DNA of 60,891 nt, counting the filler, from Basidiobolus ranarum (lineage: Eukaryota): the NCBI GenBank assembly GCA_040143965.1. It is 2 parts of 2 records of this genome, joined end to end, with 100 filler letters (N's around TTAATTAATTAA, not from the genome) between each part and the next. Parts side by side here need not be neighbours in the genome. Positions count along the whole stretch, not along the records: positions 1 to 30,443 come from JASJQH010006975.1; 1 more part is not named here. The stretch is one strand, 5' to 3'. A model generated the notes under the pieces. It searched no databases, was not told the DNA's origin, and worked only from the letters and a program-made list of their open reading frames with translations. Each line of letters begins with the position of its first letter. Positions within the stretch are counted from its first letter, which is position 1. The position numbers and the translations under genes were made by a program. This document shows positions 1 through 14,753 of this stretch, piece by piece.

Positions 1-288
1 CTAAGAGAGCCTCTCCATTTATGTCATTCTCTAATCATTATGATACATGTAAGTATGGATTCTCTTGTTGAAATGGGGAATGGTGTTCACATATAACGGT
101 CTACCTGCAAATATTTGTTTGTATTGACCAAGATTGTTATCGTGCAACCACTCTGCTACTTGACTTTCAGTCCAATGTGAAACCCTTTCACGCATCAAGG
201 GTTGAGTGAAAGAGACCAATGAAGGTGAGATACTAACAGGGAAATCTGTAGTTTTCAATAGTGCAGGTGAAAGGGTAGGCTCAAGCAT
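1..288 (-). CDS. 5' end of a SAM-domain protein (Ste11/Ste50-like signalling protein); continues beyond the window
   Basis: Exon 288-105, GT-AG intron 104-31, exon 30-1. Spliced protein reads WTESQVAEWLHDNNLGQYKQIFA-ENDINGEALL, a typical SAM-domain pattern. Confidence 0.8.
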
Positions 289-1189
289 TCTGATCGTTTT
301 AGTTAAAGAGAGTGTTGTTTGAATGTCACGAAGTGAATCCTTTAATACCGATTAGTATATTTTCTACAAACTAGGTTAACTGGCGCGTGAATTAATGTGG
401 TATTCCCAAGTGTCAGTGAATAAGGAATCTATTCAACAACTTCGAATCGATCATCATAATATTGAATTGTCAGTGATATAAATATTTTCTACTCGTAGGA
501 ATTTGAGTAAGTTTGGCCAACCAATGCTATTGAAATGATGAGGCTTACTTGCCATGAGTAGTCAAAATGGCCACCTGATCGCTGCACTTTCTGATCACTT
601 TACTCAGATAATGATACCTTCAGAACAATCTAGGCGTGGTAAAGAAATTTCGTATCTCCCTTAAACTTTTCTGTGATCATTTTGGATATACACTTGTACC
701 AGTATTGTGATTGTGTTTAATGGTTTATCGATTATTTTCACATTGAGCTGAGTGAGCGTAGAACTAGTATCAAGGGTTATTTCTGCGCAAATGTTGCTAC
801 CCCAATAATGATAGTCAAGGTCCTGCAAGTAGATTCATACGTCATATTAATATGTACATCTGGTTCATAAAGAAGGGGTGCGTTGAAGAAATATGTAAAC
901 AAACAGAATGTTAACTATCACTAGCTCTTTTCTGTATACTTTTTATATGCGTATCCATATGCGTTTATATGCTCTTCACATCGCCATGCAATACTAATTT
1001 AAATTATCATGTGAATAGGTATAATCTATAAAACGCATGTATACTAGTTTTGAAACCAACCATAGTAAATGATGATTGGCTATATTCTCCTAAAGGAAAC
1101 CTTATTTCATTAGTCACGTCCTCCTCCAAGTAATTATCCTACTTCTTGTTCTTAAGTTTGAAGCAGACTTTGCACACATTATAAACGAA

Positions 1190-2141
<952 letters not shown>

Positions 2142-2589
2142 ATCCAAACTACATTTCCCACTTTCTTATATATACATGTGTATATATTTCTGAAATTCAC
2201 AACATACCCCTGTCTGTGTAATTCTTTTTATAAATTCTACTCACCAATGAACGTTTGTAATGACCTTTTTCTCATTAGCGAAAGGACAGTAAATACATCA
2301 GATATCAACCCGTGGCAATTCCATGGCCTCCATTACATTATTCTCTAGGTTGTGTTATATTGTCACCCTTTGACGTTGAATATATAAATATGCTGAAGAT
2401 CGTTATTATGAACGCTCGATTGGTCACTATCACACCTGCTACGATTATATTAGTGAATTGTATTCATGATTTTATTCTTCAGTATTTGATTTGGTTTGGA
2501 TAGCTCAAGATAGTTACACAGTAAAATAAACAACAGAGTAAGCAATCTTACAGAGAGATGTTTAATTCTTTTAAAAACAAGGATCTTTT

Positions 2590-5500
2590 TTAGATATCGA
2601 AACTTAACGTGACATCGCCAGCTTTTAGTTGAAGACATCGGTTAGATATCCATACAAGGTCGTATACAATATCCTCGAGATTCATGTCAGTGGGGAAAAC
2701 AACATTGAAAGACTTGGAAGGTTTATGAGAAGAAAGCATCGATCCAATACCATTTCCACCCGAGTTACCAGAGCCCAAGGTTTCTGCAAGCATGCTAAGG
2801 AAGCCTACACTTGGATGCCACAAAAAGATATATGATTCTTCACGGGAATAGGCGGCAATATACTTTCCATCATTGGAGATAGAAATCACCGTGACTGGTC
2901 GAGTAAATCCTTCCAAAACCTGCCAACGGGTGGCTGTCCGTAGATCGTATATTACTACAACCCCCTCATTGGTGCCCACCGCGAATTTTTGTGAATCTCC
3001 ATGAAAAGCCACAGATGGGTACGTTTTGACAATTTCGTGGAGACCAGCAGTCCCTTCTTTCAATAAAGCTTTTCTCATCTTAGGATCTCTAGGGTCTAAA
3101 GATTTGATAATAGCTTCTGTCAAACGCGGTATATAGTGTATCAAGATAGTGGGCTTCTTATTGACAGCGAGGGATATAAGTTTAAGATAAGAGTTTCTGT
3201 CTTTAGCCTCTTTCAGCTGAAGCAAGTCCGTTATCATCGTTGAAGTGAATAGTTTGGGGTTAGCAGTAGCGATACGTAGAATTGACACTTTGATCAATCG
3301 TGATGCAGTTGGGTTCGGGTTGTATAACAAAGTTAGCAAAGTACGAAGAACAGCTGAGCCATTTACATGAGGCTCCCAGGTAGAAAATCCTCTGGAGATT
3401 AATTCAATGGCTGCTAACCGATAAGAAATCCTTGTATCATCGTTGAGTAAAAGGGTAAGTGACAAGGCTACATTCTTGCGAACTCTGGATGGCAGCATAT
3501 CTGGCGATTCTGATCCAATCACCCCTAAAATAATGGCTGATCGTGCCATTTTTTGAATATTTGACTTCTCAGCAGAGATGGAAACGGGTAGTAGCGACTC
3601 CCAATGCTCCACAACAGATTTAACATCATGGCTTGACATACGATGCAGAACCGAAATGAACAGAGATCTGGCGGCTTGTTGTACATCAACTAGTGTATCC
3701 TGCCAGTATTTAGCAAGAAAAGACAGAGAGGGAGATGTATACTGATCTCCGACAAAATCAGGTAAGGCACTCCCAAATTGTGCGATCATGCTGCTAAGCT
3801 CCTCGCTACTGACTACAAATTCGGACATGACGTTAGGAATAAGCAGACTCCAAGCTCAAAATGACTATGATTACCTTTGTGTGGCAGTATAAGCTTTACT
3901 AGAGACATGAGTCCGAGCAGAAGCGATGATGTCAATGTAGACGAGATACAGAATTTTGACCTATCCGTAGACTCTTGAGGTGCTAAAATTGAAAGATTCC
4001 CGTTGGCCCTAAGATAAATTTCCAATTTCGTAAGTAGGTTGCTTCATGAATGACGAAAATGTTAACAACAACGAACCCCCTTAAACCATAGGCCATAGTT
4101 TTCCGAGAGGCGTTGGATTTGCGATCCAAAAGTTGATCAAATGTCTCATCGATTGAGGGAGTCAACAGTGAAGCGAAGACGGACTTGACAAATTCAATAT
4201 CGGCAGGGTAATCGGGTACATAATCATAGTTACCAGCCTGAGTTGCGTACGTTCTCATCGTGTCCGACCTAGTGTGGGCCGTGCCGCTTTGATTCAGGTT
4301 GGGTAAGGAGTAATAGTTATCGGAAATCAGCCGCTTGATGTTAATCGAGATGGTTGTAATTGCTGAAATGTCGTCCACTCCACAATATATAGGAGCAAGA
4401 GAAATGGTTTTTTTATTCAAATCAACGTCCCTGAAGCAATTCCGAGCAATCAGACTGGACTCGGATTCCTTGGAATCAACTGTCTCGCCAGAACTTCTTT
4501 TAGCGACAACAAAACGAGAAGCCTCTTTATCGTAGATCCATTCATAAGATTGGCCATCTTCGTAGCAGATGGAAACATAGTCCTCTCCATTCCTCCATTT
4601 GAACGATTTAATTTGATGCGGGTATCCTTCGAAAAAATGTAAACATGCGCCATCATGCAATGATATTACTGACACAGAGTTGTCCTTGGCTACAGTGAAA
4701 ATAGAATGCTGAAGAGTCCACCCTGATTCATTGGGCGGTTGGAGAATGCGTAAAATTTCTTGTGAATGACTACGGAAAGTATGAATGAGTTGAAAAGTAT
4801 GTAAATCCCAAAGGCACACCAAGCCATCGTGCCCACCCGAAATCAACCATGAAATTTCATTCTGCAATGCATCAATCCTAGGCGAGAATAGGCAAGAGAC
4901 CCTTCCCACATGTCCATGCAATTTATGAATATACTCCATGTTTACTGGATTCGGATCCGAGAATGCGTCGGAGAGCTTGACCAAATAAATTTCACCACTC
5001 TCGAAAGCACGAACAAAGTGATCGTATCCCACTATAATACCACATGTCACTTGATGGTTCTCCAGACCACTGGGCCACAGGCTAGAAAGAGCCATGTCTA
5101 TTTAAAAGAAATAAATCATTGTGTTCGGATGAATGTTATTCTACCAGATATTACCCATTTCAGGCAACTGAATCTCATTCTCTTCAAGCGAAATATCATC
5201 ATGGAGACTCCATGCGCAAAACCTTTGGCTGTGTGCCGCATTGAAGAGACCTAACATGGAAGTTTTTCGGTTCCCATGCAAAAGGCACATTTCTCCCTTC
5301 AGTCCCTCTTTAGGCACATAAGTACTAACCGGAGTTGCACTAGATGAAAAATATAAGTTTGAGTGAAAAAGAACATAAAAGCTAGGCTGAGCTAACCTCA
5401 CAGGCTGGGAATATGACTCTGTTGTTCTTATATGCGATAGCTTCACGGATATATCGAATTGCGTGGCTTTTCCAGACTAGTAGTTGAGAGTTTAAGAACA

Positions 5501-6785
5501 AACTAATACACATATATATGAAGGACGAAATAAAGTGTTGTTACTTCGGCCCATAGGATAAACCTTTCCGCAGTAAGAAATGACCCCTTACTCCACGAGC
5601 ATCCTTCTGGAGCAGCAACATAAGCTATCTCATGGAATTGATTCGTAGAGACCAACAACACCTTAAAATTTATGTAAGAAAGCTGTTTCTGCACAAAGAC
5701 AACAAAAATGGTAGACTTTACCTTGGCGATTCGACGAGAGATAGTTATAATCAAACGCTCATCGTATTCATTGGCTTCCATACAGATTATTCTCGATCCA
5801 ACGGAGTATGTGCAGACCAAGCGCATGTCTTCTGCATTTTTTAAAGCATTTGAGGTCGCCGACCAGAGCTCTATACAGCCATCAAACGTACTAACAGCAA
5901 AAGTATAGGTGTTCGGAGCTAAGACAAACCGATTTCATTAAGCAGTCAGTGGATTAAATATGTATATTTTTGTGTGTAAATGTATTACTTGATTCATAAA
6001 GCGGTATACAAGAAACCCAATTGCTGTGAGTCCAGCAACTCAAGATCTAGTAGATAGCATCCAAAAGATGTATTTAGTAAGCGTGTATGCAGTTTTAAAA
6101 CTATTACCAACACGTTCATAAACTTGCCTCCAAAGAAGATGCATCCAGAATGTATACCGTATTTGACCTTCCAGAGCATACAATGTATTGACACGAGCTC
6201 GAGAACTAGGAGTCACAACTGTAAGTATAAATCTAGCCTGCTTATTCAATTATGTTGTCAACCTTATCAGCTTTTGGAAATACAATCATATTATCCATTT
6301 TTCCATCAAAGTATTTACTGGTACATTGGAGACAGCGTCCATCTGTAAGACTCCATTTCATAAGCTCCCTAGGAAAATTTCTCGTTAATATCTGGCTCAA
6401 TAACTGTAACTAGTGACGAAAAATACTAAGGATAACTAACCCATCCTCTGACATACTAAGTAGAACCTGCTCGCGACCTTCTACATCATTCTCTATTTGC
6501 AAGAAATCCAAACTGGTCACTGGAGTTTTATGACCAATTAAATATGCTTTATATTTCAGCTAAAGTGTAATAGAATATGTTAGGAATCGATCTTATATAA
6601 ACTTCAATAAATAAACTTACAACAGGAGTAATGTGAGAATCTAAATACTGAAGAGAGTAAATCCAGATCCGGCCGTCTCGATGACCTGCAACTAGATTGT
6701 CTCCATCAGAAGCTATTACTTCGATGAAAGACTCAGGTATTTTGTTCCATTGTGCTAAATGCACTGATAATGCTGCAGAAGCCAT
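2590..6785 (-). CDS. WDR7: WD40-repeat protein, WDR7/rabconnectin-3 beta-like (multi-exon)
   Basis: Minus-strand ORFs 6549-6785, 5503-5826, 3983-5095, 3813-4025 and 2590-3828 join through GT-AG introns (e.g. 3874-3813). WD repeats (GHVGRVSCL...LISGGHDGLVCLWDL), a helical region, and C-terminal YPSVAFHGDSQKFAVGTNEGVVVIYDLRT resembling WDR7/WDR72. Confidence 0.8.
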
Positions 6786-8019
6786 AACTACAACAACGTT
6801 GAGTTGGGTCTTTAGAAAGTTCTAATATTGTTTCTGAATATGTCCGAAACTAGGCTTTAGGAAACGTTAATGTATTCTTGGAAAACTTCGTTTTAATTTA
6901 ACGTTATTCAAGGCTTAATTTGGAATGGAGATTTGAGAATTTATATCATTGCATTTCTCTGGATGCGATAAAATGATATTAGAATTCTAGTTTGTGGTCA
7001 AATTTATTCAGGCTAATGCACAAAATGCGAATCTTGACTGTACATTACAAGCATTAATTAAGTCAGTCACATCGAAATGAATCAAATATGTATATTATGT
7101 ACATCGTCATCAATGATCCTTAAGATAACCCACCGAAGTGTATTTCTACAAGAAATATTTTCTAAGCAAAGGATGAACAACTCAAAGCAGTCCTGACACA
7201 GTTGTGACTCGTCTATCTATAATTTCTAACCACATTCTAACTGTATTCTCCATAGCTTTAGAGCAAAATGAATTAAGTCAGTTCAGTATTTAAAGTTGGC
7301 GCGAAATCTATTCCTGAATCAAATGTATGCTCACACTAAGTCTTCAAAGCCAATGCGTAGAACAAGAAAGCATGTGCTAAGATTTCTAGTTTGGATACAG
7401 TTACAGACGATTCAAATATTTTGGTTATTTCTAGACTACATTGTCCATGTTTATACTAGAACAGAGCGGGCGTTATTGTTACGCGAATATCCGAGACCTT
7501 TTCGTTACTCAGCAGAGTCTTAGATGAGTTCGCTAGCAAACATTCTATATGCATTTGCGAAACTAAAAGATTACTCAGGGTTAGATAACAAAGCGTCAGA
7601 ATCATTTTTCACAAACTAGAAATGTGACTGTTTTTAACCGTAGCATAAAAATATCGTGTCTGTCTGTTCTACTACGCGGTGAGAAAATCAATAGTAGAGA
7701 GATCTGATAAGTTATCAACTCAATCAAAAATGCTTTTCAAGACCGCTCGCAATCATGTAGACATAGAGCTTCCTTGGCTTCTACCTACAATTGCATATAT
7801 GTTCTAGAATATTCTGAGATGGATTAAATTTAAGTATTATATCATATTATTAAATCGAATGAGATTCATCAAACTTTTCTCAACATGCTTATTCATCATT
7901 TTCTTTTTTTCTTGCAGAGTGTAAGCCTATTGTTTATATACAATCACTTCACCCTACTGACAGTATCGTGGCTTTAACTTCGACGTTTTTCACATACGAT
8001 ATATTTTTGCTCAAACATT

Positions 8020-9231
8020 ATGGCTGAAACCCCAAGTCAAGAACAAAAGACACCAACCGTTGTGTTGTGTATCGGTATGGCCGGATCCGGGAAAACTACC
8101 TTTATGCAGGTGTGAATCAAATACCATCTTGAAATTGGAAACCTTCATTTTAGACATCAGCATTTAATCCTAATCACCCACTTTTTTTGACAATAATAAT
8201 AGAGAGTCAATGCTCACTTACATTCTGAAAAGAAAGTGCCTTACGTTATCAATCTTGATCCTGCTGTTGGTAACTTGCCTTTTACTGCTAACATAGACAT
8301 TCGCGAAACAGTAAACTACAAGGAAGTCATGAAACAGTAAGGATTCGCTGAGATAATTTGTTTATTATAACTAAACGAATACAATTGACCATTCTCTTAC
8401 TTTTAGATACAACCTTGGCCCTAATGGTGGAATTCTAACTGCTTTGAATTTATTCACCACTAAATTTGACCAAGTCCTGAGCTTTGTAGAGAAGCGAGCC
8501 ACGTCTACTGAGTACGTTGAACTTTATTATTCGCTTGCAAAAGTTCTCTTAGTAACCTGATTCAATTATTAGTTACGTGATCGTTGATACCCCAGGTCAA
8601 ATTGAAATCTTCACCTGGTCTGCTTCTGGTGCTATCATTACTGATACCTTAGCTGCTAGTTATCCTGCAGTTGTTGCCTATATTATCGATACACCTAGAA
8701 CTACTAGTCCAGCCACATTCATGTCAAATATGCTTTATGCTTGCAGGTACCATTTTTAAGTTAAATTTGCAGCAATCGTATTCACTTCTAACGCATATTT
8801 GTACTAGTATCTTATACAAGACCAAGCTTCCATTTATTCTTGTATTCAATAAGACAGATGTTGTATCTCACGAATTTGCTGTTCAATGGATGACCGACTT
8901 TGAAGTATTTCAGCAAGCCTTGGCAAAAGATTCCAGCTATATGTCTTCTTTGATGAACTCTATGAGTCTTATGTTGGACGAATTTTATCAGCATTTGCGT
9001 GTTGTGGGTGTATCAGCTGTAACAGGAGCTGGAATGGACGACTTCTTCAAAGCTGTTGATGAGGCCAAGGTGGAATATGAGCAAGAGTATAAGCCAGAAA
9101 TCGAGAGATTGATCAAAGAGAAACAAGCCAAAGAAGAAGCTCGCAAACAAGAGCAACTCAATAAGTTGATGACAGATATGAAAGTTTCGAAGGGCAAGGA
9201 AATTGACATCTCAACACAAGAACAGCAATAA
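8020..9231 (+). CDS. GPN1: GPN-loop GTPase 1 (Npa3/XAB1), multi-exon
   Basis: [11 protein letters not shown]-loop, [18 protein letters not shown] (GPN motif), [39 protein letters not shown]. Confidence 0.96.
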
Positions 9232-9586
9232 CTCATATTTATTAAGTTTCATTTACAGTTAGATGATAAATAAACGAGGATTATGTAAATAAATGAATAG
9301 AGCAGCTTTATCTTTGTCACATTATACGAAGAAAACGTCTTGTTGATGCGAATATAACTTCCGTACAACCGAATGATTTGACATATTTATCACTCTGAGC
9401 AATTTTTTAACTAGGCTAGCCCGCAGTAGAGAAAAAAAAAGTTGATGATTGGTAGTTCATTGACAGTCAAAATTGATTGTCCAAGATCGGTCTGAATATT
9501 TGGATGAGCTATTAAAGGCCGTGAAGAATTTTATTTTTCAGGAACCTCAAGCTGAGAGCAACATTACGCTTTCTGTTACGGTGCTC

Positions 9587-11794
9587 ATGTTATCGTTAAG
9601 TAGACTCCGTTCTAACGGCTTCTTGGGTACTTGGTCGACTCTAAGCCGTCATGTCACCTCTAAGCCTAACTTGCTTCTAAGAAATCAATTTCACCAAAAC
9701 TCACGACTCCTCGAGGAGGGTAACATTGCTCGCACAGTATTCAAGCAGCCAGCCACTGGTAAAATTCCCCCCAAAGTGAGAACTGAATATCGTTCTCCAA
9801 ATAATGCGAACCCTCCTAACTCAGGTGCTGCTTCCAAGGGCGCTGCTGACGATGTGCCTATCCCTCCCAATAAGATTCAATACAAAGGAAAGGTTACTCA
9901 GCCTATTGCTATGCAGATTCTCAGAGCCCGACTTGCTCATCTACAATCGGATCCGAAGTTTATCAAGCACTGTGAAGACCTTGGAATCTCTGCTGAGGTA
10001 TTCAAACAGAACAGCATATTTTTCGCTCAAGCTGTATTACGTGGTCAAATCCCACGATGCACTGCTCAAGACCTTCTCCCCATTATATCTGAGGAAGGTC
10101 AGGAGTCTGTGGATCGCTATTTATCTTCTGCTTTCTTCACATATATAGAGGAGAATATATCTGAGGAGGATCTGGAAACTCTCAATTCGCTTCGTGAAAT
10201 TACCGATTTGAGATATCCTGGAGAATGGTATCCTGCTGCTAGATCGATGCAGCGTAAGATTATTCTCCATGTGGGTCCTACCAATTCTGGGAAGACTTAC
10301 AATGCTTTGAAATGCTTGGAAGAATCTGAAAGCGGTGTATATTGTGGCCCACTTCGTCTTTTGGCTCTGGAGATTTTCGAACGGATGAACAAAAAAGGGA
10401 AGTTGTGCAACTTGGTAACCGGTGAGGAACAGCGTATCGTCGGCGAAGAAGCACCACTTGTAAGCTCCACTGTGGAAATGGTCAATCTGAAGAAGCGGGT
10501 TAAGGTTGCTGTAGTGGATGAGATTCAAATGATTGCTGATAAAGATCGTGGATGGGCCTGGACTCAGGCTGTGCTGGGCTTGCAGGCGGAAGAGATTCAT
10601 TTATGCGGTGAACCTTCAATTGTCCCATTAGTCTCTGAAATCTGTCGGAATATGAATGAAGAGGTGGAAGTTAGGAAATATGACCGTCTTAGCTCTCTTA
10701 AAATTCTTTCCCATTCTCTAAACTCTTCCTTCCGAAATGTTCGCAAAGGAGATTGTGTCGTCACCTTTTCTAGAAAGAATATCTTTGCCGTCAAGAAAGC
10801 CATTGAGCAAGAAACCAAGCTCAAGTGTGCCGTTATTTATGGTAGTTTACCTCCGGAAACCCGCTCGGAGCAAGCTAAGCTCTTCAATGATGCCAACAGT
10901 GAATATGATGTTCTTGTTGCTAGTGATGCCATTGGTATGGGTCTGAATCTCAATATCCGCCGAGTGGTGTTTGAAACATTGCTTAAATTCAATGGTATTG
11001 CCATGAGACCAGTCAGTTTGTCTCAAATCAAGCAAATTGCTGGACGTGCTGGTCGATTCGGCACGGCGTATGATGTGGGTGAGGTTACCACCTTGGATCA
11101 TTTTGATCTCAAGATTCTGCATCGTGCAATGAAAACCTCCATCCCCACCGTTCAGCATGCTGGTCTGCAAGCCAACGTGAACGTTGTAGAGATGTTTGCT
11201 TATCAGTTCCCCAATGACTCGTTTTCTGCTCTTTTAAGCAAATTCGAGGATCTCGCAAAGGTTGATGGTCGCTATTTCCTGTGCAACTTCCACAACCAGA
11301 AGCGTATTGCCGATTTGATCGATGAGCTATCTATGTCTATTCAAGAGCGCTACCAATTCGTGACGGCTCCTGCAAATATCAAAGATCCTGTCGTTTCAAA
11401 GAGTCTACTGCAGTTTGCCTCTGACTTCAGTGAAGGTGCGATTAGTCCTTTAGATTTGCACATAAAACTTCCCTCCAAAGCCCCCAAAAGTATGGCCGAG
11501 CTCAAGAATTTGGAATCCTACCATCGTGTAATCCTACTCTACATGTGGCTGGGCTATCGCTTCCCCGATATCTTTAATTCCGGCGACTCAGCACGTGAAC
11601 TCAAGCTTACATGTGAAGGTCTGATCAACGAGAGCTTAAGAAACATGCATTTCGCCCGCAAAGCTCCAGCACGGAAGATGGAGACCGACATTGTAGGGTT
11701 CAATTCTGAAGCTTTCCCCACCAAAGATTTAGTATTTGACCGTTCCAAGGATCCGAACCTTATCCCGGTTAATCCGGTTGACCAAGTGAAATAG
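9587..11794 (+). CDS. SUV3: Mitochondrial ATP-dependent RNA helicase SUV3 (intronless)
   Basis: WYPAARSMQRKIILHVGPTNSGKT, YCGPLRLLA, DEIQM, ASDAIGMGLNL, QIAGRAGR. First ATG at 9587 gives an Arg/Ser/Leu-rich presequence-like N-terminus. Confidence 0.95.
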   Translation: MLSLSRLRSNGFLGTWSTLSRHVTSKPNLLLRNQFHQNSRLLEEGNIARTVFKQPATGKIPPKVRTEYRSPNNANPPNSGAASKGAADDVPIPPNKIQYKGKVTQPIAMQILRARLAHLQSDPKFIKHCEDLGISAEVFKQNSIFFAQAVLRGQIPRCTAQDLLPIISEEGQESVDRYLSSAFFTYIEENISEEDLETLNSLREITDLRYPGEWYPAARSMQRKIILHVGPTNSGKTYNALKCLEESESGVYCGPLRLLALEIFERMNKKGKLCNLVTGEEQRIVGEEAPLVSSTVEMVNLKKRVKVAVVDEIQMIADKDRGWAWTQAVLGLQAEEIHLCGEPSIVPLVSEICRNMNEEVEVRKYDRLSSLKILSHSLNSSFRNVRKGDCVVTFSRKNIFAVKKAIEQETKLKCAVIYGSLPPETRSEQAKLFNDANSEYDVLVASDAIGMGLNLNIRRVVFETLLKFNGIAMRPVSLSQIKQIAGRAGRFGTAYDVGEVTTLDHFDLKILHRAMKTSIPTVQHAGLQANVNVVEMFAYQFPNDSFSALLSKFEDLAKVDGRYFLCNFHNQKRIADLIDELSMSIQERYQFVTAPANIKDPVVSKSLLQFASDFSEGAISPLDLHIKLPSKAPKSMAELKNLESYHRVILLYMWLGYRFPDIFNSGDSARELKLTCEGLINESLRNMHFARKAPARKMETDIVGFNSEAFPTKDLVFDRSKDPNLIPVNPVDQVK

Positions 11795-12426
11795 ACGATA
11801 TAGACCTTAAGATTTTGAGGATTCTTTAAAGTAGCCCTTTAGACTCATTTACCTAATTCCACAACACACTCTATACATTCTATTCAACTTGGCTTTGATT
11901 GTATCATACAGCTTCACTTTTTTAATTATAAAACCGTCTTTACACTATGAAGCTGATGCTTCCCCCTATTATTGTTGCATGGTGTTTGTAGATCGTTTGT
12001 CTTCGAAATATACTTCTATGACCTGGCCATATTCGTTGTAACCTAATTAGGGAGCGAAGGTAGAATTTAGAAATTGAAAATGAAGGTTAATTCTAGAGTG
12101 GGGGCAATGCCTAGATATGTTTCCCGATATGGTCGAAGAAATGTGTTAAATGACATAAGAAAATTTGCCTGCACAAAGTTCAAATCGATGATCTATTACC
12201 CCAGTGTACCACATGATGATCAAATATTACACGTCTACATATATATGACAGTTACTCATAATAGTTGTCTCCATATAGACTGTGCACTTTCTATGTAGAA
12301 GACAAAACCTTTTCAGATACAGTGCCGACATTCTGAATATTTCCTGACAGACTTTACCGAATTTTGCTTGTTATTTTATAAATCAGTCCTTTAATAGAAT
12401 AGGGCTACAATAGAGAGCCACACGGA

Positions 12427-14390
12427 ATGCTTCAAGCGTTTCACATTCAAAAAACTCGCCATCAACGCTCTCAAAAATTATTGATAATCGGTGCATTGCT
12501 ACCGATTGCTATTCTTACCTCTATAGCTCCACTTGTGAGTCCATTACTAATAGAACTTGATGAAGACGAACCAAAACCCTACACTTCTTCTGCAGGTAGA
12601 TCTTAATTCATAGTAATTTTGAAAGAGAACTTCCATTGATTTTATTTAAATGTATAGAGATATTTGCTTTGCTTGGAGTTGGACTGGTCGGAAACGTTAT
12701 TGCAAATGTTGCTTTACACGTCCGCTTTTCCGAAAATTTCATCACACTTTCAACGGTAGCATCCATATTGGGAACTTTTCTCAATGGTAATAATGAATAT
12801 GCTTTTGTTTTTCTACTAGATAACTCACCCATTCTATTCATAATCATATTAGTTGTGGTCTCTATGATATCTCTCGGGTTAACAGTCCACCGACATAACT
12901 CTATACCTAATATGAGTTTTTCTGGTGAGTTTATCGTCCTTTGTATCGTATCATTCCTGGACTGTCTGATAGCCTGTCTACTTTGCTGGGATTGGTATCA
13001 TACGATGAATTTTGAAGCAGAAGGTAATTTTTGAGCCTTGAATCTACATTGCTCTCGAGAATGTAGTTCTAACTTAACGTTCATTCCTTTCTTAGGAAAA
13101 GGAATTAGCAATCGCCATCAAACGCTTGTTTACACAGTAACAGTCACCTCATCATGGGCATTTGTTGGCGCTCTAGTTTTCAGTTTTGTACAAAAATGGA
13201 CCTATCTTAGCTCCTTATTTTTTAGCTTAGGTATAGTGTGTATGGACTGCTACTATCTGTAGAGGATTAGTATTAACTTGAGATTATTCTTTTCCTAGTC
13301 ACTATAACTACCATCGGGTTCGGAAATCAAGTGCCACACACTGCATTTAGTCAGGTTCTAGTCATGATTTACGCATTCATTGGAATCATTTGTATTGGTT
13401 TTATGTTTGCCGTAGTTAGACTTACAGTCAAGGAGTCAGTGCAAGCTAGATGCACTCTCAAGGTAGCACAATATCGTGAACAAAGAAGAAGAGAGCATAT
13501 AGCAGAAAATCCACAAACCCGACCTTTATCCTTATCCATTTCGGAGCTGGCTCGAAGCTTGGCATTGCAACCGTTTGAGAATTGGGATGATGTTCGAAAG
13601 AAACAAATCCATGAAGAGAGAGACGAAATATCTAGACAGAGAAGATACGCTTTAATAAATGCGTTGGTATTTTGGTAAGTCGTTTGACACTCATTCATGT
13701 TCTTGGGCTGGCATTCATTAGTAACGAGTTTCCAGGATCATTGGCAGTACATTATTCTTCTTTACCGAAAAAGACTGGAGTTACTTTGAGGCACTTTATT
13801 TTTGCTTTATCGCTTTTCGGACCATTGGTAAGTGGATGTAGATTTGGACCGCAACTTACCTGGCTATAATCTCATATGCATCTTCTATGTTAGGCTATGG
13901 AGACTTTGTGCCTACTTCTCCTTTTGGTCAGGCTGTCTTTGTTTTCTATGTATTCTTTGGAGTCGGAACTGTCACCTATTTGGTCTCTGTGGTTACGGAA
14001 GATTTCTCAAAACGCCTAAAGCAACATGTTATTAACGTGGAGCGCAATCGTAAGGTAGATGTTTCAATTTCCAACGATCCCACCTTATCGGGAGATCATG
14101 GACAAGGTCAACTCACCTTAGCCCAAGTCAAAGAGCTTATCAAAGTAGCCAAAAAATTGGAAAGAAACATGCAGAGAATCGTCAAACGTGGCAACAATCA
14201 AATGAACAACGGAGGGATCCGACGTAGAGCTAGTTTTAGTGTGAATGAGGCTAGTGACCACTCGTTAGGAATTCAGCCAAATGGACCCAAATCTGAATGG
14301 GCTCTAATGGCTAGTTATAATGAAAAATTTAGTAGAATTATAGCGGTAATTCAGAATCATTTAATCCAAGAAGGTTTCGCCTCGACTTGA
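12427..14390 (+). CDS. TOK1: TOK1-like two-pore-domain K+ channel (multi-exon)
   Basis: Multiple N-terminal TM segments followed by two pore loops: SLFFSL-VTITTIGFG and ALYFCFIAFRTIG-YGD (split by an intron), each followed by a TM helix. Confidence 0.85.
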
Positions 14391-14753
14391 TATTACTACC
14401 TATTGTTATTGTAAATAAATCACAACCCATCTTATACATAGAACTCCTGCCTCTACTCTAATCTGAAATTTCCTTTTGTGATAACTATGTTTGGCATTGA
14501 GTATTAGGCTATCCATGTCGGTCGAAATCATATGCCCTTCTGACGCATTTTCGCTGATTTTTGCTGATTCCAGAGACTATTCAATGATCTTCAATTATAT
14601 ATTGATTTTCATGACAGGGCTAATTTATACTTTATGGTTGTTAGAAGACCTCAAATCATTTGTTGAACTACTAGTATCTTGAAAGTGAGGCTGAAGTAAC
14701 CTCTCCTTTCAGCTCCAAAGTATCCTTCGAACAACTGTCAGGATACCTTACGT

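Noticed and set aside
9473-9586. N-terminal extension of SUV3 from a TTG start
   Set aside because: Eukaryotic gene; ATG 9587 gives a plausible mitochondrial presequence.
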